Of a stretch of DNA of 64,000 nucleotides, positions 1 to 10,660 are shown in pieces (positions within the stretch are counted from its first letter, which is position 1; the number at the start of each line of letters is the position of its first letter). This stretch comes from Guillardia theta CCMP2712 (Eukaryota; Protista; Cryptophyta), in NCBI RefSeq assembly GCF_000315625.1, contig NW_005434646.1, positions 1 through 64,000 of the forward strand, given 5' to 3'. The position numbers and the translations under genes are program-made. The notes under the pieces are model-generated. The model worked only from the letters and a program-made list of their open reading frames with translations, was not told the origin of the DNA and did not search any database.

Positions 1-135
1 TGAGCTGCGCCTGTCCTGTCCCTTCCCCCCCCAGTCGCCCACCCCTTCCCTCCAAGACTATTAGCTGCGCCTGTCCTGTCCCTTCCCCCCCCAGTCGCCC
101 ACCTCTTCCCTCCATGACCATGAGCTGCGCCTGCC
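1..135. repeat. ~60-bp C-rich tandem repeat in the 3' UTR of copy A
   Basis: TGAGCTGCGCCTGTCCTGTCCCTTCCCCCCC.. recurs at 1, ~62 and partially at 121. Confidence 0.75.
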
Positions 136-231
136 TCCTTGATGCTAGGCTTGTTTTCCTTCCCTGCCGCCTGTGCTCCATAGGTGGCTTGCCCCTGTGC
201 CGCGCCTGCCCCCTCACCTGCCCCCATCGGA

Positions 232-3200
232 CTAGGTCGACTCGCTTCCCCTTCTTGCCGTCCATAGCATGTGTTGCACCTCCAGCAGTTGCTTGATTGC
301 TGCTGTCTTGATGCTTTCCCATTCCGTGTCTTCCACCCTTAGCATCCTGAAATTCTCATGCCATTCCCTTTCCATGATCGATCCTTTCACTCCTGCTATG
401 AATGTTGCTTGTTCAACTTCATGGTCAGGGAGCAGAGCTGTGATTGCTGCTCGTAGAGCGGTATATTTCTCTTCTTTTTCCTGAAATTTCTTCTTCAGGC
501 ATTCCAGGCTTGTTTGTTCGACTCCGTCATATTCCGATGTCCTTGCGAATTCAATGATGACGATGCGTTTGATGTTTGTAAAGTAGCAGCAACCGTCTGG
601 TATCCATTGTCCTTCTTGGTGCATTGATGTCCCCATCGCTTCCATCACGATGCGCATTGGAGTTTCCCACCATGTAGTGACCTGTAGCCTTTGTTTCCTC
701 CAACTCTGCTGCAGTTTTACCTTGATCTTCTTCATGACTTGATTGTGTGCTTGTTGGATCATTGCTTGAAACTGCCGACATGCCAGCTGAATATGCCCCC
801 AGGTTTCTTCTCGGTCTGGACAGTGGGGGCAGCATGATGAGTTAGTCTTCCCCCATTGAAAGAGCTTCTTCCTCGTCGGTGCTGAGAAGGTTATCGCTTG
901 AATTGCTGTTCGTGTGAATGAACCTTGACATAATCTGAACGCCTTCCCGAGTAGTTCTCTGCCCACATGTACTTCAAGCATGAATTTCTCCGTCAAGGTG
1001 AGGTCTCCCGCTCCAATCCTCGCAGTCATTGCCTGTTGTCGAATTATATAGTCCCACTTCTTCAGTCTATCCATTCCTGATGTAGGGTTGTCTTCTCCTG
1101 CGATGGTGAACTCCATTGCGCTGTCATAAATCGCTTTCTCCCATCCCGAGGCAAATGTTTGTTTTGCTTGCTTGGCCATCTCCTTTGCCTCTTGGATGTG
1201 CCGGTCGGATTCTTTTGCTAATTGAAGTCGGATCTTGATTCCTCTCCCCTCGAGTTTCTTCATGCAAGTGAGTAATCGATCATGTAGGTCCTCCAGCAGT
1301 TCATCTTCGTATCGCATGGTATCAATGCGTAATGTATTCGTGATGAAGCGGTGAAAGCGGGTGGACTGATACATGATTGTGACTTGATTTCCCCTCTTGA
1401 TTTGTATCCCTTCCTCGAGGATGTGTTGGAACAGTAAGCCAATTGCAATTGTATTCGCTCGAATGATGCTGCATTTCCCATTGATTTTCATCCCTCCTCC
1501 TGCTGCCGTCGCTTGTTGCTGGAGAACATACCCTATTCGCATGGTTCTATTTTTTCTGCTCTGTGTGACGTCTCCTTCAATAGCTGCTGTGAAATTCCTT
1601 CCGCCTTGGTGATTGCTGCGCGGCTGGATCTGACCCCTTCGTTGGATACACATCTCCTCATACGTTGGGAGGATGTTGTCATGAAGCTGAGCTCTGGGGT
1701 ATGTTGGGAATGTGTGCTTGACGAGTATCCATAGCTCCTCTAACGTTTTCATCAGGCAACGATTCCCTGTTCCCCAAAAGTTTGCTGCGTATGCTATCTG
1801 AGCGCCTTTCGGGATCCGGCTGATAATTTCGAAGCCTTCTGGTATCTCATCAATGTTATTCTTCCATCCTATCAGAATGACATGTATTGTGTTTTGCAGG
1901 ATGTGCTCGCGAAATCTCTTTTGTTTATCTATCCAAACCACCACTCGTTGCAGTTCCTTTGCTCTCTTGTTGCTCAGAGCCTGGGGATGTGTGTGTAGTG
2001 TCGGCCAGTTACGAAATGTGCTGATGTCACAATCTGTGATCTCTGCTAGGTGTTGTAAAAACTCGTATGCCAATGGTTGTGTTGTTTCTTGGCGAACCTC
2101 TGATACTACCTCTTCGAGTTGTTGCCACCATGCTGTAGCTTCTGTTTCGCCGTCGTCCAACATATTGACTATTTCCAGCAACAGATGGATACTTTGATTG
2201 CATTCTCTTCGGTTATTCCCGTCTTCTTCTTCCTTTGTTGCAGATGTGAAGGGAGCCGAGTCCAGCGACGCTTCCACCCATTCTATTGGTGGGTCCGAGG
2301 TTGTGTTTACTCCTGTGTGGGGCGGCTCAAAGATAGCGATGTCTCCATGAACTTTGAAAGGTATGCGCCCTGAAGTGTAGCAGAATCTTTCTCGCTGATT
2401 CTTGTCATCCCCATAGTAAGTAGCGTCATGTTGGAGGAGCTCCCTCAAAATCTCCCGGGTATGAGCCCTCCTATTTGTTTCCTCTCTCCCTTGGTCCGGT
2501 CTGGCTAGTTTCGTGGGTGGCAGGAGCTCGGGTGGGCTAGCCTCCCTTTTTCCTTTCCTTCTCTTGTTTGAGGGCTTCCCTTCCTCTCTGGCTGGCCTTC
2601 TTCTCTTCCCTGTTCCTGCCTGCTCTTGACCGAGTTTTGCCCAGATGACGTTCACTTGCAGATATCGTGCAAGGATTTCTTCTGCCTGTTCCCGTTGCTT
2701 TGGGAATGGCCAGAGTCGAATGGGTAGGTGCAGGGAGATGCCTTCGGTATCTGGAACAGGTAAGATACTTGTTAGGTAGTGATAGCCTACTTGGGGTAAT
2801 TTTCTCCATGCCTTAGCAAAGCTCTCCCAGCCTTGCCGAGCAGGAGATGTACGCAGGGATTGTTCTTCTGGGAGCAGGGAGTTTTCTTCTGAGAGCATCT
2901 TGTCTTCAATGTCGTGTAGCATAGCTATTGTCCCCGGTCTCATCTTGCTTTCAATCATTTCCCAGCTGATAGTTGTCTGCATTTTCTCCGCTACCCATAT
3001 TGCGAGTCGTTCTGGGCCCCTTATCTCTTCGATTTCGTTGAGTCTGCCCGATCTGATTTCTCGTTGTACTTGGCTTATTGTTTGACACCCCCATTGGTTG
3101 CACCATGATGTTAGTTTGTGTATCAGACTGCTTTTGATATCATCATCCACCCTGCATTTCTTATTCGTTTCTTTCTCTAGATACCGAATCGCCGCCCTTC

Positions 3201-6200
3201 CCAAGATGGGTGCTGGATGGGGGAGTTGGAGGCCTCCTCTGTCCCAAGGTAGGCGAAAAATCGCATTGCTTGTGCTCTTACTCAATCCCATAGCTCGTTT
3301 GAACGCTCTGGTCCAGAGGTTATCCAAGGTTTGTAAATCTTTCCACGTCCAGCTAACGAGTACCGCCGAGTATCGAAAGATATTCACGATACCTACTTTG
3401 ACTAGGTAGTATTTCTGGGCTGCAGAGTAGGCCGATGATTCAATCAGGTTTGTCAGTTCCCTGGTCTTTTCGAAGATATGCTCCTTCTCTCCCCACGTGA
3501 AGGGGCAGGTGTGCACCCTGTTGCCTCTTCCTCCTGATCGCCACAAGCTGATTCGAATCCCTAGATATTTGAACCATTTCGTCGGTGGTAGGTTCACAAA
3601 CTCCTTGTCGAAGAACTTGATGTTTTGCGTCCCCGGGATCTCCCTCTTGAGCCGATAATCAAAGCTGGTGATTTCAGATTTCTTCGTGTTCAGTTCTAAT
3701 CCGCTCCATCTACAGAATCGCTCTACCACTTGAACTAGTGTTTTCATTTCCCTCACTGAGTTGGCTATCAGTACAAGGTCATCTGCGAATGACAGGTTGT
3801 TGGGCTGCTGAGTTGCAATCTCGTCTTGTTGTTGATCGAGTTGTCTGGACAGGATGCTGAGCAGTAGATTTGTTTTGGGAGGACTTGCAGGACTGCCTTG
3901 AGGTAATCCCCTGAGAAGCGGGATGGCTGCCGTTTCGAACCTCTCTGTTTGAATCTGCAATGCTATCCCTTTGCTGCCGCTGATTACCACGTCTACATCA
4001 CGCTGATGGAAGCCATATACTTCCATGATTTTTGCGATGGATTCGACTGCCACGTTGTTAAAAAAGTTTGCAAAGTCGAGGTATAACAGGATGAGGGTGT
4101 GTTGATTGCTCTGAGCCTCCTCGATGATGTTGAGTAGACGATGGCCCTGCCGGATCGTCCCTCCCTCTGGTCTGAAACCTTCCTGGTTGTTCGTCAGCAG
4201 CTTATGTTTTTCAGCTGCTTTCGCGAGTCTGTGCGCTATGACCGCCTGGAAGATCCGCGTCACCGAGGAGAGGACGCATATAGGTCGTTGGTTCTCCAGG
4301 ACGTGACAGAGCTCATTTTTTGGTAAGAGCCTGACCCTTGCCAGCATATTCAACATCTTTTTGTCTCCTGTCAAAGCTTTGCTGATTACTTCCCCTATCT
4401 CCTCCTTTGCGCTATCAGGTAGAGCTTTCAGGATCTCATTTGAGATCAAATCCATGCCTGCTGCCTTGCGGTTGGATAATCTTTGGATCCAGACCTGAAT
4501 CTCTCCTGGCTCCAGCGGGTATGCTATTTCTATCTCCCTGGTCTGATATTGATTGATTTGATCTGGGGGGTCGAAGTCCGGTGGTTTGATGGAAGTGAAT
4601 AATTGACAGCTTTTGCAGAAGAAGAGGATCTTTGGTTCTTTGTTTTCCTGACGTCTGTCGTACAGCGGAATCATTCTTCCCTTTGTTTGACATTCAGCCC
4701 GTGCGCATGTTCCGTTCAATGTACAGCCGTTCACTGCAAAGAAGGTTGCCGTGTGGGTTTCATCTTCGAGGTCTCTTGCCAATCTCATGGGGATGAATTG
4801 CTCGATGTTTTTGTATCCTACTAAGCGCCACCCTCCTGGCTGCCCCCGGGTGATCAGTCCTCGGATGATGGGTACGATCGCGTGTGCAGGCGCCAGAGTT
4901 ATGTACATCTTTTGTGGTGCCTGGTTTCTCGCCCCGAGAGTCTCGACGTGTAGCATGGTTTGATGTCTTGCATTCCAAAAGGTTTTGCTTGATTCTTTGG
5001 AGCTGCTTTGTAAGAATGTTTCGATTAACGGGTTCAGTTCTTGAAGATATGCTGTCTCCGGCTGTTGCAGCGCTTGCTGGAGATCCTTCCATGACGTAAG
5101 TTCGATTGTATTTGGGTGGCACTTCTCTGGCAGTTGACTCAGCATTGGGGCTTTGGGCTTAAAGTCTGACTTCTTGCCCATCGCGTTTTGAGACTCTTTA
5201 CTGCCTATCGTCCCCAAGCGTCTTCTGCGTTCGTCGCATGTTTTCAGAAATATCTCTTGGTCCTGTGCTGCACAGATCTCTTTGAATTTGGTCATATTCT
5301 CTCTTATTTCTGCATGTAAGCTCGACTCCTTGTGTGCGCGATCAATAAAGTCTGGAATTTCTGAAGCGTTTCTTAAATCCTTGTGAAGTTGCTTGATTTG
5401 CGTTTCAGCTCCATCTGAATCTTAGATGCATGTCTTTTCCCGCTGGAGCCTCGTAGGGGGATTTCCTTGATGGGGAGGGCTGTTGTTATCAGTTCGAGAA
5501 TGTCCAAGTCTTGGTGTAGGGCTTTTGCCGCTGTTATCTTCTCATCCAGTGCTATTGCCCATTCTACACCTAATCTTCCTGATAACTTGTCCATCTCGAC
5601 CACCCTTTTCTTTCGTCGAGGAATTGCTTCTCGATCTCTCCTTTGCGGGAGAATTTCAATCTTTGGGATGGCTTGCTCACCTCAGCATCGAGCGAGCTCA
5701 CATTCACTACGAGTGCTCTGTGGTCGACGGCAGCTCCTATGATGCAGTCTTCTGCAGTCTGCGATATCAGGCTTACTGTGCGAGATGGATGATGGAAAGC
5801 AAAGATATGATCCAATTTCGCTTGGTGGTGACCCTGCTTGTACCATGTGGAGAAGGTGAAGTGTGTGCTGCTTTTGCACATCTTCTCGCAGGTGACTGTC
5901 TGGAATCGCCCAAGCTCATTTAAGACTTGCTCCATTTTCTCATCTGCACGGTGTACACTCGAATTGCTTCCGTATCCTATTCTCATGGGGATCTCTGGAT
6001 GTTGTCGAGATGCATTGAAGTCGCCTCCGATGATGATGAGCTTGATGTTTGGGTCTGGCTTGAGCATCTGGCTTAGCGCCTTCCACATGCTGTCTTGTTC
6101 CCCCTCCTCCGTCGCCACTGGCATATGAATGTTACACAGAAGTATGTTTTCTTTTTTTCGTGAGATCTGTAAAACTTGTATTTTTTGTCTGTGTGCCCCC

Positions 6201-7984
6201 TCCAATGCTGTACCATTTGGCGAGGAGGGGGGGCGCGGGAGAAGGTCAGCATGCGCCAGTATCACAAGGCGTAGATCACTCTTACCCTTTCTCCCTAACC
6301 CTGTACCATTGGTCATAAACATTCGGTAACATCCCCATTCTTTCTTGATCATCATTCGGAGATCTGTTTCCTTTTTCTTACCACGCCCCACCCTGACTTC
6401 CTGCAACATGACAATAGATGGATGATACTTCTCAATCAAATATGCCAGGATGTGTTTCAGCACGAATTGACTGCATCCATTGACATTTTGAGAGATGATG
6501 TTGCCTGGAGCGTTGTCCTTCTTGTGGGTTTCCACCCATGCTGAGTGCACTGACCTATCGGTGGTAGCCTCGTGTGCGTTGCTGCTTGCTGTTAGGATTT
6601 GCTCCTCCGCCTCCGATGCCCATTGAAGGTGAGACGCGTGCCTCTCTTGCATCTTCGTTGGGGCTGATGGCTCCTCCTCCCCCCTAGTCTCCTTGTCGTG
6701 CTTCGAGTTTGTCTCTGCGTGCATGTCTGGTGGGGGGGAAGGTGGCTGGAGTGGAGAGACGGGGCATGGGGCGGGAGGTGGTGGAGGGGGGTATGGCAGG
6801 ATGTCCCCCTGTGCTGACCTGTCTGGTATTTGCAGGGCCGCTCCATCTTTCCATCTCTCCTCTAGCCATGCATCTTCGGCTACCTGGGTCATCTGAAGCT
6901 CGCCTGCGCGTTTTTGGCCATTCTCTCGCCTTTCCATCTGGTTAGGTCTACGTTCCATGGTGAGCTTTGCTGCTTGCCATTCCTTGTAGCCTGTTTCTTG
7001 CGCGTGTTGTAACGCTCTGCAGATGCATTGGATCGTTTCTCGCATGTGAACTTGTTCTAGACCCCCTCCCCAGAGCCCATCCAGCAGCAGGTGCCTTGTT
7101 CTCACGAGCCATTGTTGGTGTGGCGGGACGCCTTGTTGCCTACCTATGTTGAAGATATCGTGTTGTTGCGTCTGCTTTCGTGTCTTTGCGATCAGTAGCA
7201 GATGCAGTAGTACAAAAATTCCGCAGTTGTAGCCGTCCGTTTGTTGCAGTCCCGTTGACACACATGCCCTCCATGCCTTGTCGTCTTGTTCTTGTTGGTC
7301 GCTAATTGCCTCGGTGATGATCGTCGCCACGAGTGATGCTAGGTCCATTCGCTGTGCGCCCCCCAATTGAAACTGTGCATCCCTTTGACTTCTGACTGTC
7401 CCCAGGTCTCTCTCCCCGGCCGTGTTGAGCGAGTCGACGATGTGTATTCTTTTTGTGTTGACATCTGCCACGATTAGGATCCAATGATTGCCGTTTTCTA
7501 CGCATGGGAATAATAATGGTTGATCTGCTCCGGCTAACAGTCGCTTTGCTCTCCTTGCCCTTCCCTCCTGATCTCTCAAACCCGCTACTATTCTCGGGAG
7601 AACAATGGTCCCTCTCTGCAGCCCAAATTGGTTTCTAGTTTGCTCGCTGGCATACCTCGTGCCTTGGAGCCATGCTATTTGAAATCTGTCTTCCGCTGGT
7701 TCTAAATTTCGGTTTACCTCAACGATTAAAGCCTCCATAACGTCCTCAGAGAGAAATCCATCTTCTCCTGAGTTGAGCAGCGCCGCTGCTCCGTACTCTC
7801 TATTGTTTTCCCGTAGACTCCAGGGGATCTCCCCTATCAAGTCGAATGTTTGTATTTTTCTGTTTTTTGGATTTTCTTTGTCATTCTTTTTCTCACCTTC
7901 TTGTCTCTTTCTGCTTGATTCCACCACGCCCTGGTGCCCACTGTCCCACCTGCCCTCAACTCCTCCTCCTCCTCCTGCTTCCAT
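232..7984 (-). CDS. ORF2 polyprotein (~2,580 aa when two 1-nt frameshifts at ~5680 and ~5398 are corrected): Ulp1/C48-like protease, APE, Cys4 insert, RT, inactive RNase H, CCHC, RLE
   Basis: Protease: NHWILIV..DSL..QQTDGYNCG. APE: QNVNG, LQE, GDFN, LDHI, VDH. RT: RPICVLS, QEGFR, GLPQGSPASP, FADD, FKYLG. Zinc finger: CPHCPDREETWGHIQLAC. RLE: AHN..IPDG..IIEF..KEEKY. Synonymous differences versus copy F identify the true frame across the joins. Confidence 0.9.
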
Positions 7985-10119
7985 TAGGCTTGCGCTGCTG
8001 GGAAGGAGTCAAGCGACATCTCTTCCGATTCTGCCGCCATGCTCCCAGCCGCGGGTACATCTTCCATTCGAGCGTCTTTCATCTGTAGCTCACTGCTCAA
8101 AACAAATTTCAATTCGTTTCTATCTCCCAGCATTCCTACGAGGGAGAGCGCCGTTGCCTCCAGGAATTTATTCAAAGCAATGAAGAGGAGATCAGTTTTC
8201 AATGGCTTCTCTTCATTTGGTGCGAAAGCGCTGTTCTTGCGCTTAGCTACCTTCCACGTATGTTTGCCTGCAATCACCCTGACTCGTTCACGCAGTCGCT
8301 TGCTCACGGCATTCTCTGCCGCGTTGGCACCCTTATCAGCCCACTCTTGTAGCGTGGGGAAGGATGCATTTCCTGGGCTCTCCGGAGCCATCTCTTGCAC
8401 CGCGTCATCAAGATGGAGTTGAAGCTGTCCTTGCTGTTGCAGCTCGCTCCTAGTTACGTCAGCAATAGTTTCCTTAAGTTCTTCGACGACCACGTCCGTT
8501 CCCGCATCTGGGAAGTTGGTTTCATTGATAATGGAACTGTTCCACACAGTTCCCTCTGCTCTGGTCCCCGTCGTTTGTGACCTGGCCTCAGGGTTAGACT
8601 GATCGCGAGTTGCCTGAGGCGACACTTTGAGGTTCAGACTGCTCGCTGTCGTTTGGATTTCAACTGTGCCTTGCCAGCAGAGGAGCTGTGTGGGGAATTC
8701 AGCCATCATCTTTCTTGCACTACTTTCACTGCGTAGCCGGAGAATGATACCAGACCCATCCCAGATCCCTGTTTCTGGATCGCATTGGAGGTGGATCCGT
8801 TGGAGATCTTTTTCCACCTGTGGATCAAAGCAAGCGACAGCCCTCCGAATGTTTCGGATGACTTTTGCTCTGCCCGTTTCGTCACTTGCACAGATTTTTT
8901 CGATCTCATTTCGGGAGAACTTCCCTGACGGCACAGGAGAGGAGATTTGTACCGAGTACAGCATCTCTGCTCCCGTTGCCATTGCCGTGCCCTCTTGTCG
9001 CACCGCATTCTTCATATTCTTGTGCAGCGCCGTTGCTTCCATCTGCACTGAGAACCATTTCAGTATTTTGTCATTCTCTGAGATCAGTCCCAAAGTGACT
9101 CCTGCTCGATCCTTTCCATGTCGATCGAATGCTTGAAGAACGATGTCCGCTGCTTCAAGGCTCGAGCACGTTGCGATCCAGTCGACCTCTCTGTTCTGGT
9201 TGACTGTTTCTATTCCTACCGCAGCGAACACCTTCTTTGGCGGTAGGTTCCTCTTGGGGGGGAGGTTCACTGTCATTCCCGCGTTTGGGATCAGATCAAT
9301 GATCGCTAATCCCTGCTTCAGGCATAGCTGCCTGTAGATCTCACATATGTCACCTGTGCTCGAATCGTTGAGCTTAAGGAGTTGGGCCACCTCAGCTAGG
9401 ATTCCAACTCTGCCCATGTTCTCCTTCTTTGGCCGCATCTTGAACGAGATCGGTGGGTTGGCTGCTGGGTTCACTGCTAGAATCCTCCTGCCTGCCACCT
9501 TGAAGGTACCTTCTCCTTTCCAGAGTTTCTCAGCCGCCTCATTGCGGACAAAGGTGATCACTGCTGGGATCTCCGCTGCCTGCACAAGGTCAGGCTTCAA
9601 GGGAGCCTTGAAGATCAGGCTCCTGCTGTCTTGCGTCTGATCGACGATCAAGCCTTGCTCTTCAAGCTTGAGGCATAAGTTTTCCACCTGTCTGGAAAAG
9701 TATGCAGGGATCCCAAGTACCTTCATGGTAATCGTCTGCACATTGGTGCCCTGATCATCATATGATCTGGCCTCCATCTGCCTTTGTCTGTCAGCTTGGA
9801 ACTCTGACAGGTACCACTGCCTGACATCGTCACCCCACTGCCTGAGCCCTTTCGGATTCTCCAGTGACGAGGGTTCAGCAAAGCTGCATGTCTGACTGAT
9901 GGCTTCGGCTAAGGCTTCCAAGGATATTTCTTTTGCTTTCAGAGCTTTGCTCGTCCTGCTTTTGGGGTTCTGCCTTGCGAATTCATCCAGTCTCCGCATC
10001 AGTTCGGCTGATGACGGCATCGTTGCAGCTTCCGTCTGCCTCTTGAGGTAGCTGGAGGTACGGTACTGCACGATCTCGTCAGGGTTCACAATAGATATTG
10101 GCCACATGTTTCGAAGCAT
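7984..10119 (-). CDS. ORF1 (711 aa), type A; putative RRM-like nucleic-acid-binding protein with acidic tail, no CCHC knuckle
   Basis: Open frame upstream of ORF2, homologous to ORFs at 19609-21756, 22111-24258, 24445-25551 and 31901-34026. RRM-like segments by eye (VLGIP..AVITFVRNEAAEKL..FKVAGRRI). Confidence 0.85.
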   Translation of the reverse strand: MLRNMWPISIVNPDEIVQYRTSSYLKRQTEAATMPSSAELMRRLDEFARQNPKSRTSKALKAKEISLEALAEAISQTCSFAEPSSLENPKGLRQWGDDVRQWYLSEFQADRQRQMEARSYDDQGTNVQTITMKVLGIPAYFSRQVENLCLKLEEQGLIVDQTQDSRSLIFKAPLKPDLVQAAEIPAVITFVRNEAAEKLWKGEGTFKVAGRRILAVNPAANPPISFKMRPKKENMGRVGILAEVAQLLKLNDSSTGDICEIYRQLCLKQGLAIIDLIPNAGMTVNLPPKRNLPPKKVFAAVGIETVNQNREVDWIATCSSLEAADIVLQAFDRHGKDRAGVTLGLISENDKILKWFSVQMEATALHKNMKNAVRQEGTAMATGAEMLYSVQISSPVPSGKFSRNEIEKICASDETGRAKVIRNIRRAVACFDPQVEKDLQRIHLQCDPETGIWDGSGIILRLRSESSARKMMAEFPTQLLCWQGTVEIQTTASSLNLKVSPQATRDQSNPEARSQTTGTRAEGTVWNSSIINETNFPDAGTDVVVEELKETIADVTRSELQQQGQLQLHLDDAVQEMAPESPGNASFPTLQEWADKGANAAENAVSKRLRERVRVIAGKHTWKVAKRKNSAFAPNEEKPLKTDLLFIALNKFLEATALSLVGMLGDRNELKFVLSSELQMKDARMEDVPAAGSMAAESEEMSLDSFPAAQA

Positions 10120-10193
10120 TCTCGATGGTTTCCCGAGCTTCCTGCGTTCCTGGCGACTCTTGCTCTACCACGCAGGGACCCCGCTGATCTGCA

Positions 10194-10478
10194 TGCCTCA
10201 GATAAAGGGATCCTGCCTCAGATAAAGGGATCCTGCCTCAGATAAAGGGATCCTGCCTCAGATAAAGGGATCCTGCCTCAGATAAAGGGATCCTGCCTCA
10301 GATAAAGGGATCCTGCCTCAGATAAAGGGATCCTGCCTCAGATAAAGGGATCCTGCCTCAGATAAAGGGATCCTGCCTCAGATAAAGGGATCCTGCCTCA
10401 GATAAAGGGATCCTGCCTCAGATAAAGGGATCCTGCCTCAGATAAAGGGATCCTGCCTCAGATAAAGGGATCCTGCCT
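10194..10478. repeat. 20-bp minisatellite (GATAAAGGGATCCTGCCTCA) x ~14, 5' end of copy A
   Basis: Perfect tandem copies read directly. Confidence 0.98.
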
Positions 10479-10660
10479 AAACCCTAAACCCTAAACCCTA
10501 AACCCTAAACCCTAAACCCTAAACCCTAAACCCTAAACCCTAAACCCTAAACCCTAAACCCTAAACCCTAAACCCTAAACCCTAAACCCTAAACCCTAAA
10601 CCCTAAACCCTAAACCCTAAACCCTAAACCCTAAACCCTAAACCCTAAACCCTAAACCCT
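10476..10660. repeat. Telomeric repeat (CCCTAAA)n, ~26 units
   Basis: Perfect heptamer array. Confidence 0.99.

Larger units (their letters stand above)
1..10478 (-). mobile_element. Copy A: near full-length autonomous telomeric non-LTR retrotransposon (5' minisatellite, ORF1, ORF2, 3' UTR; 3' end lies beyond the window)
   Basis: ORF1 7984-10119 and ORF2 232-7984 carry Ulp1, APE, RT, RNH-like, CCHC and RLE motifs. The 5' end abuts (CCCTAAA)n at 10476. Colinear with copy F. Confidence 0.93.

Noticed and set aside
232-5295. Penelope/Athena-like element or telomerase RT
   Set aside because: RT motifs, APE and RLE are LINE-type; no GIY-YIG or TERT motifs were seen; the orientation is opposite to end-primed elements.
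10194-10478. Short regular repeats as a CRISPR array (also 19264-19529, 25639-25801)
   Set aside because: No spacers, eukaryotic context, no cas genes; these are head-to-tail minisatellites.
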